From: Nitrosopumilus sp.
Lineage (GTDB): Archaea > Thermoproteota > Nitrososphaeria > Nitrososphaerales > Nitrosopumilaceae
Assembly (NCBI GenBank): GCA_965223425.1
Contig: OZ245003.1
Span: forward strand, 1,184,001 to 1,248,000
Direction of reading: 5' to 3'
Length of the DNA stretch: 64,000 bases
The translations under genes and the position numbers were made by a program. The notes under the pieces were generated by a model. It had not been told where the DNA came from. It saw only the letters and a program-made list of their open reading frames with translations, and did not search any database. Each line of letters starts with the position of its first letter. Position 1 is the first letter of the stretch. Shown one piece after another: positions 1 through 9,773 of this stretch.

Positions 1-279
1 AATCTTGATGGTACCTTCAATTGCTTCTAGAATTGTTGCAGTTTTAACATTATAAATTGATAATGGCAATTGCAATTCCTTTGAAATCATTTGGCAGTAT
101 GTCAGATCTGTTGAAACAAAATCTTCTGCAATTATTGCAATGGTTTTTGGTTTTTTTTGTCTTAGGAAATATGCTATGATGGAACTGTCTAATCCTCCTG
201 ATAACGAAATCAAATTTGATTTGCATGAATTACAAGATTCTTCCAATGTTTTGTAAATCTTCTTGGAAATTTCATCCAA
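1..279 (-). CDS. Asparagine synthase C-terminal-domain (PP-loop) protein, 5' part; runs off the window edge
   Basis: Manual translation of the minus strand: MDEISKKIYKTLEESC...LISLSGGLDSSIIAYFL..., with the SGGLDS PP-loop motif. Confidence 0.7.
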   Translation of the reverse strand, partial: MDEISKKIYKTLEESCNSCKSNLISLSGGLDSSIIAYFLRQKKPKTIAIIAEDFVSTDLTYCQMISKELQLPLSIYNVKTATILEAIEGTIKI

Positions 280-386
280 CACCAAACGTACAATTTTGAA
301 ATTAAAATAGCTATGCCTAATGATTTCGTGCCGAGCAATTCGTTGCTTTATTGCAAACTTTAAATTCTTTATAGAATCCTTGAGAA

Positions 387-806
387 TTGATGTTACTTCC
401 CGCTGAAATTGAATCTAAAACCCTAATCCCTGCATTGCGGGCGATTCTTGCTAAGAAACTAGCCGAAGATCACAATATTAGGGAAGATGAGATCTCAAAA
501 ATGCTTGGCGTTACTCAAGCAGCAGTTAGCAATTACATTCGTGGCACAAGAGGTGATCCATCCTTGATTGCAAAACTTTTGGCAGAAAAACAGGTTGCGA
601 CTATGATTTATGAATTAAGTGATAATCTTTCTTCAGACATGGCCTACACTCCATCTAGCCTTTCAAAATTCATCGGTCTTTGTAACTATATTAAATCGAG
701 TCTGCTAATATGTGAAATTCATCACAATTTGGAGTCAAACATTGACGAACAGGTGTGCAAGGAATGTGAAAACATGCTTCTTAAAGGCCCTGGAAGCGTC
801 TACTAA
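387..806 (+). CDS. Archaeal HTH transcriptional regulator with a C-terminal Cys/His motif
   Basis: EISKMLGVTQAAVSNY HTH; CEIHH...CKEC. Confidence 0.75.
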   Translation: MMLLPAEIESKTLIPALRAILAKKLAEDHNIREDEISKMLGVTQAAVSNYIRGTRGDPSLIAKLLAEKQVATMIYELSDNLSSDMAYTPSSLSKFIGLCNYIKSSLLICEIHHNLESNIDEQVCKECENMLLKGPGSVY

Positions 807-1117
807 TTTTTATTTAAGACAAGTTCGATAGTTGATGTCATTCTACCAATACCTGCAGCTTCTACTGTGTCTAAGGTGATTTTTTGAACACTGGAATTTC
901 CCTTTAACATTTTTTCTGTAATTATGTTTGCAACTGCTACTGCATTTGGAATTGAATTTCCTCTTGCTCTGAGAATGACGTTGTTCTTGTCTCCCAATAT
1001 GGATAAAACGTCAACAGCTGATTGCATTACTGGGTCGTTTCCAATGTTTATGATGGTCTCCTCAGACATGCTGGTCTGCTCATGACCATACTGTTCACTT
1101 GTCTCCTCCATGAGCAT
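803..1117 (-). CDS. Alba-family DNA/RNA-binding protein
   Basis: IGNDPVM...VILRARGNSIPNAVAVANII...STIELVL, Alba fold motifs. Confidence 0.8.
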   Translation of the reverse strand: MLMEETSEQYGHEQTSMSEETIINIGNDPVMQSAVDVLSILGDKNNVILRARGNSIPNAVAVANIITEKMLKGNSSVQKITLDTVEAAGIGRMTSTIELVLNKN

Positions 1118-1168
1118 TATTCAACAATCAGCAATTTTTTCTTCTTTTAAGTTTTATCGACCAATGAT

Positions 1169-1651
1169 TCATTTTTCAGAGTATTCAATTGGAATATTCT
1201 GATAATCCCCGTTTGGAAGTACTCTTCTAATGGTAATTGGGATCACCCTCTGTTCAAGTTCTTCCATCGAAATGTCCAATGAAATTCTTGCAGTTTTTGG
1301 AATTGGGATAAATGGCGGTGCCCCTTGAGATAATTGTAATGCTCTGGCGCCCATAATTCTTGCTTTCTCAAATCTTGTTAAAGTTGGTGGGCCTATTGTT
1401 ATCTTTTCTTTTTCACATGGAATTTCTGTTGGCTCGTGCTCCTCTACCTTTTCAACAACCTCCCTGTTTTCAATTTCCTTGATTCTCTTTTCAAGATCTT
1501 CTTGCTCTTTCTCTGTTAATGCCTCTATCCCGTCTTTTTTCTCAATTAATTTCCGATACGTGTCGAGTGCTTTGTTTAATCCGACATTTTCTTCTACTAT
1601 AATTTCTTCAGGGTCTTCTATTACTAATTCAGTTTTCTCAGCATCAGGCAA
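1169..1651 (-). CDS. rpoK: DNA-directed RNA polymerase subunit K (Rpo6) with N-terminal extension
   Basis: LTRFEKARIMGARALQLSQGAPP...IPITIRRVLPNG. Confidence 0.93.
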   Translation of the reverse strand: MPDAEKTELVIEDPEEIIVEENVGLNKALDTYRKLIEKKDGIEALTEKEQEDLEKRIKEIENREVVEKVEEHEPTEIPCEKEKITIGPPTLTRFEKARIMGARALQLSQGAPPFIPIPKTARISLDISMEELEQRVIPITIRRVLPNGDYQNIPIEYSEK

Positions 1652-1800
1652 GTACCAAAATTTTCTTAAAACGTTATTTAATTGCTACTTTTCCCGATTT
1701 TCATTTATTCAAACCATGTAATTTGTGCCTATTTTTTTCATCGTATTTTCAAATAATCTGATAGTATCTTGTCTGTCTTTTTTGTAATCTCGATCTTTTT

Positions 1801-2088
1801 TCATCGATAATCTTCTAGATTCTTATCTGATTCTTCAAGTAATTCATCACCCAATACTTTACCATCATCATCATCATCATCATCATCAAGTTTCTCATCT
1901 GTCTTGCTACGTCTAAGTCTGGATCTATCTGTATTATCTTCTATGACTTGTATTTTCTTCAAATCTTTTCCTCCGTATCTGCAATACTCTCCACCACCAT
2001 CTGGAAATGTCCTATTCTCACATGAACATCTAATCAAATTATGCACTGACTTGCTTTCTAGCATTTCTCCGAATAGTGAGTATTTTTC
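1801..2088 (-). pseudogene. Small phage-type Cys-motif protein, probably 5'-truncated by the adjacent IS end; poly-Asp tail encoded by a (TCA)n tract
   Basis: LESKSVHNLIRCSCE...DGGGEYCRYGG; the upstream in-frame YSLFGEM looks like a decayed CxxC; an IS end abuts at 2089. Confidence 0.4.
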
Positions 2089-2240
2089 GGCTACCTAGAA
2101 ATCATCACTAAAACAATACAAAAAATAATACACATTCTGTGACAATTGTAAGCCAGTACACGATACGAGACTTTATGCATAATTGAATCATAAAAATTTT
2201 TCCGAAAGATTTAGATCCATTTTGATCGCCGCAACAGGTA

Positions 2241-3518
2241 ATGGAATCTTCAGAACAGACTATACGCAGGCTGCAAAGGGAGCTCAAGCAAAAGGACACA
2301 GCAATCAGGCAAAAGGACACAGCAATCAGGCAAAAGGACACAGCAATCAGGCAAAAGGACACAGCAATCAAGCAGAACAACAGAGCAATCAAGCAGAACA
2401 ACAGAGCAATCAAGCAAAAGGACGCAGCAATCAGCAGGCGCGAGAAGACGATTGGCCTGCTGCGCGAGCAGCTGCTGCGCGAGGACAGCCTGTGGGCCGT
2501 TACAGATGCAGGCCGCTCTGATACGGACACGTCGCTGCTGCACATCAGGGAGGTGATCCACGGCATACTGCACAACAGCGCAAAGCTTGCGGGAATTACC
2601 TCGTATGACCTTGACCAGTTTGACTACATCTGCAATGACTTTGTGGCAGAGTCAAAGAGGCACAACAAAGACGCGCCGCTCTTTTCAGAGGACGGGACAC
2701 CGGATCCCGGAAACCGCTGCCTGCTTGACCGCAGGTCCGTCCTGCTGCTTGCGCTGTTCCGCAAGCGCTCAAACGTGACGCAGGATGCCCTGGGTGTGCT
2801 GTTTGATGTTGACCAGTCCACCGTGTGCAGGTACCTCCGGTTCGCAGATTCCGTGCTGGCAGGGATCCTGCCTACTGCAGACAGGATGACCCGTCTGGTA
2901 AAAAAGGCCGAGACATCAGAGCAGCTAGAGCAGCTAATGCCGGACAGAACCATCATAATTGACGGCACCGAGGTGGTGCCAAGGCAGCGTCCGCAGGACA
3001 AGGATAAAAGAAAAAACACGTACTCTGGCAAAAAGAAGCGCTTTACGATTAACACCACCATAACAACAAACAAGGCAGGCCTGATACTTGCAGCAGGCAG
3101 GTCCTTTGAGGGCGGGACGCACGACCTTACCATGATAAGAGAGGATCCGATAGACTTTGGCAGGTGGTCTGAATCCATGTACAAAAAGGACACTCCGGAA
3201 AAGGACAGGATACGGTGCTTGCAGACAAGGGGTACCAGGGATGCCAATCACTACACGGGAATAGCACTTGAGATGCCGGAAAAAAAGAGGCCACGAGCGG
3301 AGCTGACGCAGCAACAAAAGGACTCGAACAAAAGGATCAGCGCCAAGAGGGTAAAGGTGGAGCACGCCATCGGAAGAATAAAGCAGTGGGCGAGGATGAC
3401 AGACCCGTATGACGGCACGGTAGAGGAGTTTCACGAGGAGCTGGTTGTGTGTACCGGCCTTGCGAACTTTCAACTGCTGTGGGATGCAAAGAAAAAGCGG
3501 CCGTCACTTGGTTATTGA
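2241..3518 (+). CDS. ISL2-type DDE transposase with an N-terminal tandem-repeat coiled coil; probably defective (second catalytic Asp motif out of frame)
   Basis: IIIDGTE...YSGKKKRFT...RVKVEHAIGRIKQW; VLADKGYQG is encoded in a shifted frame near 3215-3241. Confidence 0.8.
   Translation: MESSEQTIRRLQRELKQKDTAIRQKDTAIRQKDTAIRQKDTAIKQNNRAIKQNNRAIKQKDAAISRREKTIGLLREQLLREDSLWAVTDAGRSDTDTSLLHIREVIHGILHNSAKLAGITSYDLDQFDYICNDFVAESKRHNKDAPLFSEDGTPDPGNRCLLDRRSVLLLALFRKRSNVTQDALGVLFDVDQSTVCRYLRFADSVLAGILPTADRMTRLVKKAETSEQLEQLMPDRTIIIDGTEVVPRQRPQDKDKRKNTYSGKKKRFTINTTITTNKAGLILAAGRSFEGGTHDLTMIREDPIDFGRWSESMYKKDTPEKDRIRCLQTRGTRDANHYTGIALEMPEKKRPRAELTQQQKDSNKRISAKRVKVEHAIGRIKQWARMTDPYDGTVEEFHEELVVCTGLANFQLLWDAKKKRPSLGY
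2289..2432 (+). repeat. 21-bp tandem repeat (~7 units) encoding QKDTAIR/QNNRAIK heptads
   Basis: CAAAAGGACACAGCAATCAGG units, then CAGAACAACAGAGCAATCAAG units. Confidence 0.9.
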
Positions 3519-4125
3519 CGGCACAGCACAGGGTGCATGAGGCACTGCAAGAGTGCGCACGGATTTCTAATTTCTGCGAATTTACAATGATCTTTTGCAT
3601 CAAAATTAAATAATTTCCTGGACTGGCTTTGTGTGTCTTGGTAGTGTGTGCTGCAGAAAAAATTTGACGGGTCAATTATGCATAAAGTCTACGGTAACTC
3701 CTGTGTCTTCATGACATTATCACGTGAATCAAGTTCTGATCCAAATCTCCTCTTCACTACAGAAAGTATTGTTTCAGTCTTGTTTCTCTGAGAGTAAATG
3801 ATTACATCAAATTCCCCTCTCATCTGTTTTCTGTACTTTCCTTTGGTTGAACCGACTGTATTTTCTCCTCTTACTGGAATAATCATTGAGAGAATATTCT
3901 TGTCTCTGATTCTCTTGTGAACTGATTCTGCATCATACCCTCTGTCTAACACTGTACTCATTGAAGTCACATCAAGCATTTGTGAGAATAATTTTGGAAA
4001 ATGTTTGATGTCGTGGGATGTGGGATGATGCTGTATTACAACTGCACAGATCAGCTGCGATTCCATGTCAGAACCTGCTGACGTTTTTGTAAATGCATGC
4101 CTGAGACTGCATCTGTAAGAATAGT

Positions 4126-4224
4126 AGACCTTATGCGTAATCGACTAAAAATTCAAAATCAAATTGGTTTACTAAGGCAAAAATCATCTCGCAATATTAG
4201 TTTGATCGATTATGCATAAGGTCT
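4126..4224. mobile_element. 99-bp MITE with ISL2-like TIRs
   Basis: AGACCTTATGCGTAATCGA ... TCGATTATGCATAAGGTCT (1 mismatch), related to the TIRs of 2168-3690; no TSD. Confidence 0.8.
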
Positions 4225-4780
4225 ACCACAGAAAATAGATTAATAAAAATAGTAAGTGTTCGCATAGTTTCTCTTGTTTTTTTGCTGCAAGACCACTAGC
4301 TCAGAAATTAAAAATATATCCCTACCGTAGGCGTTGTCCAAATCTTAGTTTTTCAAGCCTGTTTGATATTACTTTATCTCACTTCATTACTTCTAATTTC
4401 CGGCATGCTGCAGAATTTTCCCGTAACAGGATCTGTGGTGTATCTTATATCAAAACGTGAGGGTTGTGCAGTTGACATAGCAATCATTGGTGTAGTGGAA
4501 CCTGAAAATGCCGCGCAATCGGACCGGAACTGGTACGATTTAAAAATATAGTTCAAACACTATGGATCTGAGTAACTGCCGGAAGGAAGATCATTCTCGG
4601 AACCATAATGACGTGCTTGCTTACGTGGGACATGCTGGGACTGAACTGGTTCAAAAAACAATCCAAAGTATTATGGGCTACCCAACCTTTAACCTCCAAA
4701 ACTGAAGCAAAGATTGATTTTGCTCTTCTGTTAATCATTTCTGAATAATATTTAATATACTACAAAGTATCATAATCTGT

Positions 4781-4969
4781 ATGGGCAAAAAGAATTCTGC
4801 AAAAAATAGTGAATATGACAAACTCCTAAACCAAGCCTTAAAAAATCCCGGAATCCGAGAAGTCTCAAAACTGTATGACAATTATCATGGAATTGCCAAA
4901 CAAATGAATTCCATAGAATCTGGCATGCATAAGGGATCAACTATAATAACGTCAAATTCTTCTGCGTAA
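4781..4969 (+). CDS. Small hypothetical protein (62 aa) immediately upstream of the SDH protease
   Basis: ATG start, TATA-like sequence upstream, stop 1 bp before the next ATG. Confidence 0.6.
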   Translation: MGKKNSAKNSEYDKLLNQALKNPGIREVSKLYDNYHGIAKQMNSIESGMHKGSTIITSNSSA

Positions 4970-4970
4970 C

Positions 4971-5464
4971 ATGCCTACTTGGGGAGAATTATTAATTGAA
5001 TTAAACAAGGAGGTTGCTTCTGGAAATAAAATTCCTCATGATTTTCTTCGAAGAAAATATCTGACAAAGTTATATCAAAAAACAGGAAGAAATGTAATTC
5101 TGTATGCATCTGCATGGACTCAAACTGGGAAAAATATTGATCCTGGACTGTTAAGCATCACTGAAGAAGATTTACAGGGTTTGATGGAAGTGGTTCACGG
5201 ATTAAAAGGAGATAAACTTGATCTAATTATTCACAGCCCCGGCGGATCCCCGACTGCAACTGAAGCGCTAGTCACTTATCTTAGATCAAAATTTGAAGAT
5301 ATACGGGTAATTATTCCTCATGCCGCAATGTCAGCAGCTACCATGTTAGCTTGTTCAGCAAACAGTATTGTCATGGGAAAACATTCGTTTATCGGACCAA
5401 TCGATCCACAGATGATTCTGCAAACCAAATTAGGTGCGACATCTGTCCCTGCACAAGCTATTAT
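4971..5464 (+). pseudogene. SDH-family ClpP-class serine protease, 3'-truncated by an ISH3-type element
   Basis: LDLIIHSPGGSPTATE...AMSAATMLAC...HSFIGPIDPQ; IS terminus begins at 5465. Confidence 0.85.
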
Positions 5465-5978
5465 CAGTAGTTGGGATTGTACCGTTCCAAAACAGCCTGC
5501 CAGTCACCCAATAGGCGGCGGCCACCTGGCGTAGACAGATGTTACAAACACGCGGATTATCCTGTTTAAAATACCGGCAAGTGTCACATGATATCTTTGC
5601 TTGCCCACCATGCGACGCAGGCCTATCCAGATGTTGCTGAGCACCAGTGACAAGACAAACAAAAGCATCCGTACGGAGGGGTTCTTGCTGGAGGTGTGCG
5701 GGCGTATGCTCTTTGCAGACCTGTACCCCGTTTCAATTCCCCACCGTCTTTTGTACTGCTCTGGGACGTACTTGACAACATCCCTTTCATTCTCGCATGG
5801 CAGCGACGTTGCAAATGCGCGGTACCTGTCAAACATGTTGGTGCCGTCTTTTTTCTTGGCGTCATCCCTGATCAGAACCAGGTTGAACGTGAACTTCTCG
5901 GAGCCTGACTGTATGGTGTACTGTGAAACATCGCCGCGCTTTCCTTGGGCGTGCTGTACAATGGCGCGCTTGATGCCG
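5465..5978 (-). mobile_element. ISH3-type (IS4 superfamily) element, 3' fragment (variant B)
   Basis: YKRRWGIETGYR motif; terminus CAGTAGTTGGGATTGTA at 5465. Confidence 0.8.
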
Positions 5979-7123
5979 TAGTTAGCACATTAAATAATTG
6001 AACATTTTCACAGGCAGGATCTCCTTTCTGGCAAACAGCTTGCGTACTGACTGCTCCATCCCACCTGGCGTGCCAAACACCTTTGCAGACAGTACCCGTT
6101 TTATCACCCTCCACTGCATCTCAATGGGATTAAGCTCCGGCGTGTACGGCAGCAGGCATTCCAGAACTGTCTCGCCGTTGTATCTTTCCAGAAACTCCCT
6201 TGCCTTTTTGGATTTGTGATATGACGCATTGTCCACAGACAGCAGCAGCACCTTGCCGAATCTTTTGTGAACCCGTTCCAAAAAGCTGCAAAAGCTGTCG
6301 CTGTTTGACTTTTCATAAAACATAAAGTAAAACGCGCTTGCTGACAGGACTCCAAATGTATCTTCTCTTGCGTGACAAAACAGAGGGCGGGGATGTGGCG
6401 CGCTTGCCGCGCCTTCTCCATCCGTAGCCGGGCCTGTCTGGTGCCTTTTGAATCGAGGATGCATCGCCGGCCAGTACGGCGTATCCCTGCGCCGACTTTT
6501 CTGCAACGGGTTTTTTTGCCCGCTCCTGAAACTCTTTTTGCTTTCTTTTTGAGGCTGATTTTGGGTTTTTTGGACGCGCCCTGCTCCACGAAAAGCCCAT
6601 CTCCCTGATCAGCTGCAGCACGCCTGCCTTGCTGTACTGCACGCCGAACTTTCGCCTGATGTGCAGCCTTGCGAGGTTGGAATCCCACAGGCTGCTCTCA
6701 AAGCCGCATGACTCCGGGCCTGCATCCAGGTCTGCTGCAAGCTGTCTTGTCTGCGGTCCGTCTATCAAACGCTTTCGTCCCCTGCCGCTGCGCTCGAACC
6801 TTGCGCGCATTCCCTCTTCCTGTGCGCGGTTGAGCCATGCAGATATGGTGGATTTGGGCCTTCCCAGCATCCTTCCGATCCTGTCTAGCGGCACGCCGTC
6901 CTTGCGCTGCACGTACGCAAGCAGCCTGTCGCGCCTTCTGGGATCGGTCTCCTTTTTGTATGCCCTTTTGAGGTCTGCAACGCCGGTGTTTGGCAGAAAT
7001 TTTGCCCCCCTGCAGCCTGTCTCTTTTTTTGTTTGTACATGCAGTGTGTGCGATATGGCCGGTCTTGGATCTTTTGGCCAAAAATAATTGTCAAAATGGT
7101 TCAGGTTTTTTATGTACTTACTA
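5979..7123 (-). mobile_element. IS630-family element, copy 1 (frameshifted transposase)
   Basis: DNASYHKS and YTPELNPIEMQW motifs; TA at both ends; imperfect ~30-bp TIRs; 2-bp deletion near 6357 relative to copy 3. Confidence 0.9.
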
Positions 7124-7603
7124 CAGAGGCAGGAAGGGGCGGGTGCCGCCATATCATGCCTGTCATCATGAACTCCAAGATCAGGAAGATAGCCAAGCTG
7201 TACGAGGATGGAAAGGCAAACCATGTGTCGCAGCAGTCAATGGCTAACAAAGACGGCCTAACTGTGACCTGCAACCTTGTAATTGTCAAAAGAGACAGGA
7301 AGAGGAGGAGAAGGAGGAAGAGCAATACATTGCATTTGCAACAAACATTCCCATCAGGAGTGCCAGGGCCATGACAGACATCATACCGGAGCAGTACCGC
7401 AAGAGATGGGGCATCGAGACGGGATTTCGCGTCATAAGGGAGCTGGAAAGAGGCATGGAAGAGTATCTTCTGCAGGAAAAAAACTTACCATGGTGCTGTT
7501 TATTGTGCATATTACAAGCAGAAACGAGCTGTTTGTCAATGATCGAGGCAAGTAGAACCGATGCTAGTTGTGGTAGCGGTAAACCTACATCTGGGAACTA
7601 CTG
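7124..7603 (+). mobile_element. ISH3-type element, 3' fragment (variant A), internally deleted and frameshifted
   Basis: Highly similar to 25392-25993 in reverse; YRKRWGIETGFRVI; terminus TACATCTGGGAACTACTG. Confidence 0.85.
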
Positions 7604-7608
7604 AAATG

Positions 7609-8166
7609 TTATGTACTTACATGATTTGCTTTTGGTGTTTCTTCTGACATGCTCTCTAATTCTGGATACAATTCCAGTGCACCTTTTGCAATGTATAATC
7701 CATCTTCTGTAAGGTAGAATTTATTGTCAATCTTGCCAACATGTTCTGCCTCTACTAACTCTTCAATCATTTTACCTTCTGGCAGAAATATTGCATTTCT
7801 TGCCTCCGTTGCATTTTTCAAAAGTAAATGTACTAGAATCTCTTCGTCTCTTGATGCTACCGGATAATGGTTTGTTTTGATGATTAGATTCTGTATAGTT
7901 TCTGGAAACAACAACAATCCTGTTTTTTCTTTTAGTTGTATTATGGTGGTGCTCTCTAAATTTGATACTTCAAGCTGTTTTCCAGAAAACGAGTCATGAC
8001 TTGACTGTAAAACACCTATGATCTTTTTTACAGTTCTAAAGTTCAGGTCAGATTCCCTTGCTAGTTTATTTAGAGTAAATGGCTCCCCTGATTTCAAAAT
8101 CTCCAGTATGATGTGTACTGCATCAACGATGCTTGTTCGTGATTTCATTTCTATGCTTATTATCAT
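7609..8166 (-). CDS. Putative winged-helix DNA-binding protein (possibly two wHTH domains)
   Basis: ILEILKSGEPFTLNKLARESDLNFRTVKKII; C-terminal KFYLTEDG wing motif. Confidence 0.6.
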   Translation of the reverse strand: MIISIEMKSRTSIVDAVHIILEILKSGEPFTLNKLARESDLNFRTVKKIIGVLQSSHDSFSGKQLEVSNLESTTIIQLKEKTGLLLFPETIQNLIIKTNHYPVASRDEEILVHLLLKNATEARNAIFLPEGKMIEELVEAEHVGKIDNKFYLTEDGLYIAKGALELYPELESMSEETPKANHVST

Positions 8167-8184
8167 GTATACTTATATAATAAT

Positions 8185-8204
8185 TACTGTATAATTATAC
8201 AGTA
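8185..8204. promoter_or_regulatory. Perfect 20-bp palindrome in the 40-bp spacer between two divergent genes; candidate operator
   Basis: TACTGTATAATTATACAGTA equals its own reverse complement. Confidence 0.6.
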
Positions 8205-8206
8205 TA

Positions 8207-8530
8207 TTGCCACTTAAACCGTATGAAATTGCTATTTTACTTCAAATGTATGATGAGCGAATCATTGGACCAGGTGGTTACACTAGTATCCAAACAGTTC
8301 GAAGTAAGATAAACTGGAAAAGAATCTCATCATATTATAGAGTTAAGGAAAGTTTTGAATCTATAGCCCGAAAGCTGGTCAGAAAAAAACTACTTTTTGA
8401 TGATGGAAAAAGTATGGCAGTCTTGCTTCTATCTAAACTAGGCGTGTCATTTGTAGTTGGATATAACAAAGTAAATCCTAATTCCTTTAAGGAATTAGAA
8501 TTGATTCTTAGTGGCATTGATCCTAAATGA
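8207..8530 (+). CDS. Hypothetical protein, possibly winged-helix
   Basis: 107-aa ORF; IARKLVRKKLL...LLSKLG pattern. Confidence 0.55.
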   Translation: MPLKPYEIAILLQMYDERIIGPGGYTSIQTVRSKINWKRISSYYRVKESFESIARKLVRKKLLFDDGKSMAVLLLSKLGVSFVVGYNKVNPNSFKELELILSGIDPK

Positions 8531-8565
8531 TAGTTAATTTTTAAACTCATTATGATAAATTATTT

Positions 8566-8973
8566 TTGATAGCCTTTTCTAGCTTGTTTCTTATTTGTAT
8601 TGTTATTTGTATTGTTATTTGTATTGTTATTTGTATTGTTATTTGTATTGTTATTTGTATTGTTATTTGTATTGTTATTTGTATTGTTATTTGTATTGTT
8701 ATTTGTATTGTTATTTGTATTGTTATTTGTATTGTTATTTGTATTGTTATTTGTATTGTTATTTGTATTGTTATTTGTATTGTTATTTGTATTGTTATTG
8801 CATTATTGATTGTAACTGAAACATTTTCTGGAATTGATGTATTTAATTATGAAATAATTGAAGGAACAACTGTAAAAAATGGAATTCTAGTTGGTGTCTC
8901 AACATATGTTGCAGTATTTTTTATAATTCTGATAACTGTTAAAACGTTATATAATCTAATTATTTTAAAGTAG
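8566..8973 (+). CDS. Small membrane protein or remnant carrying an in-frame (ICIV)17 expansion
   Basis: Open frame across the repeat; hydrophobic C-terminal segment; stop 3 bp before the next gene. Confidence 0.35.
   Translation: MIAFSSLFLICIVICIVICIVICIVICIVICIVICIVICIVICIVICIVICIVICIVICIVICIVICIVICIVICIVIALLIVTETFSGIDVFNYEIIEGTTVKNGILVGVSTYVAVFFIILITVKTLYNLIILK
8593..8796 (+). repeat. Perfect 12-bp minisatellite (ATTTGTATTGTT) x17
   Basis: Counted directly. Confidence 0.97.
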
Positions 8974-8976
8974 AAA

Positions 8977-9363
8977 TTGAGTACGTCTTCTGTCTCTAGA
9001 AAACAACTGATTTTAGAAATTCGAGGAAAAGCAAAGATTTCCTGTGATCTTAAACTTCATTTATCTCCGCGAACTGTTGGAACAATTATGAGATCATTGC
9101 CCTTAGAGGGTCATGCTCATCAGCTCGGACAAAGTATTTTGTATTTTGAAACTTCAATTGATTCAGGGATTGAAAGGGCAAGGTCTGAATTTAAAAAAGG
9201 TGACGTTGCTTTTTTGCCTTCAACTGGAAGCATTTGTTTTTTTACACACGATGTGGGATCTGGGAAAACTATGACTCCTATTGGAAAGCTAAGAAATAAT
9301 ATTGATGCATTAAATGATGTCAAGTCTGGAGATGTCTTTTGTATCTATGAAGAAACCATTTGA
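8977..9363 (+). CDS. Cyclophilin-like fold protein
   Basis: LSPRTVGTIMRSLPL...KKGDVAFLPSTGSICFF...PIGKL. Confidence 0.75.
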   Translation: MSTSSVSRKQLILEIRGKAKISCDLKLHLSPRTVGTIMRSLPLEGHAHQLGQSILYFETSIDSGIERARSEFKKGDVAFLPSTGSICFFTHDVGSGKTMTPIGKLRNNIDALNDVKSGDVFCIYEETI

Positions 9364-9653
9364 TACAGGTGATGTCCTGAATGGCCCCCGACACGTTTTA
9401 TGGTTCCTTTTTTTGCAGATTCTTTTAGGAATGCGTTTGCAGCAGAAATCTTAACCCCTGTTTGTCTTGCAAGGTCTTGAATTGTAACTACTTTGGAGTT
9501 TTGAATAATTTTCATTGCTTGTTGTTCGTTTACTTTAACTGTGATCTCTGCTTTCCTTGGTCCGCCTTCCCCCCTGTCTTTCTTTCCTTTTTTGGATTCT
9601 TTACTAGTCTGCTTGTCTTGTTTTGCAGCAGTTGGTTTTTTTGCCCCGCCCAT
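9345..9653 (-). CDS. rps25e: 30S ribosomal protein S25e
   Basis: Lys-rich N-terminus MGGAKKPT; KVVTIQDLARQTGVKISAANAFLKE wHTH; GHHLY. Confidence 0.85.
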   Translation of the reverse strand: MGGAKKPTAAKQDKQTSKESKKGKKDRGEGGPRKAEITVKVNEQQAMKIIQNSKVVTIQDLARQTGVKISAANAFLKESAKKGTIKRVGGHSGHHLYQMVSS

Positions 9654-9773
9654 AAATTGAGAAAAAATATTCCTCTTATAAACGATGAATCATATTTTAA
9701 AATTATTTTTTTATCAAAAACTCAGACAGCTTGTTCTTTTCAACTATAAATAACATCTTGATCACTTGGTTGT

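Larger units (their letters stand above)
2168..3690 (+). mobile_element. IS5-family ISL2-like insertion sequence
   Basis: Perfect 19-bp TIRs AGACTTTATGCATAATTGA (2168-2186 and 3672-3690); 3-bp TSD ACG. Confidence 0.9.
2089..4125 (-). pseudogene. Archaeal IS5-family transposase remnant, split by the IS at 2168-3690 and truncated at 4125 by a MITE
   Basis: 3691-4125 encodes LDRGYDAE...YSQRNKTETILSVVKRRFG; the C-terminus YRVLAYNCHRMCIIF...SR* resumes below 2167; terminal GGCTACCTAGAAA at 2089. Confidence 0.75.

Noticed and set aside
4225-4740. Short overlapping ORFs
   Set aside because: Broken by stops in all frames; likely decayed DNA that I cannot assign.
8593-8796. CRISPR array
   Set aside because: Contiguous 12-bp units with no spacers and no cas genes; it is a minisatellite.
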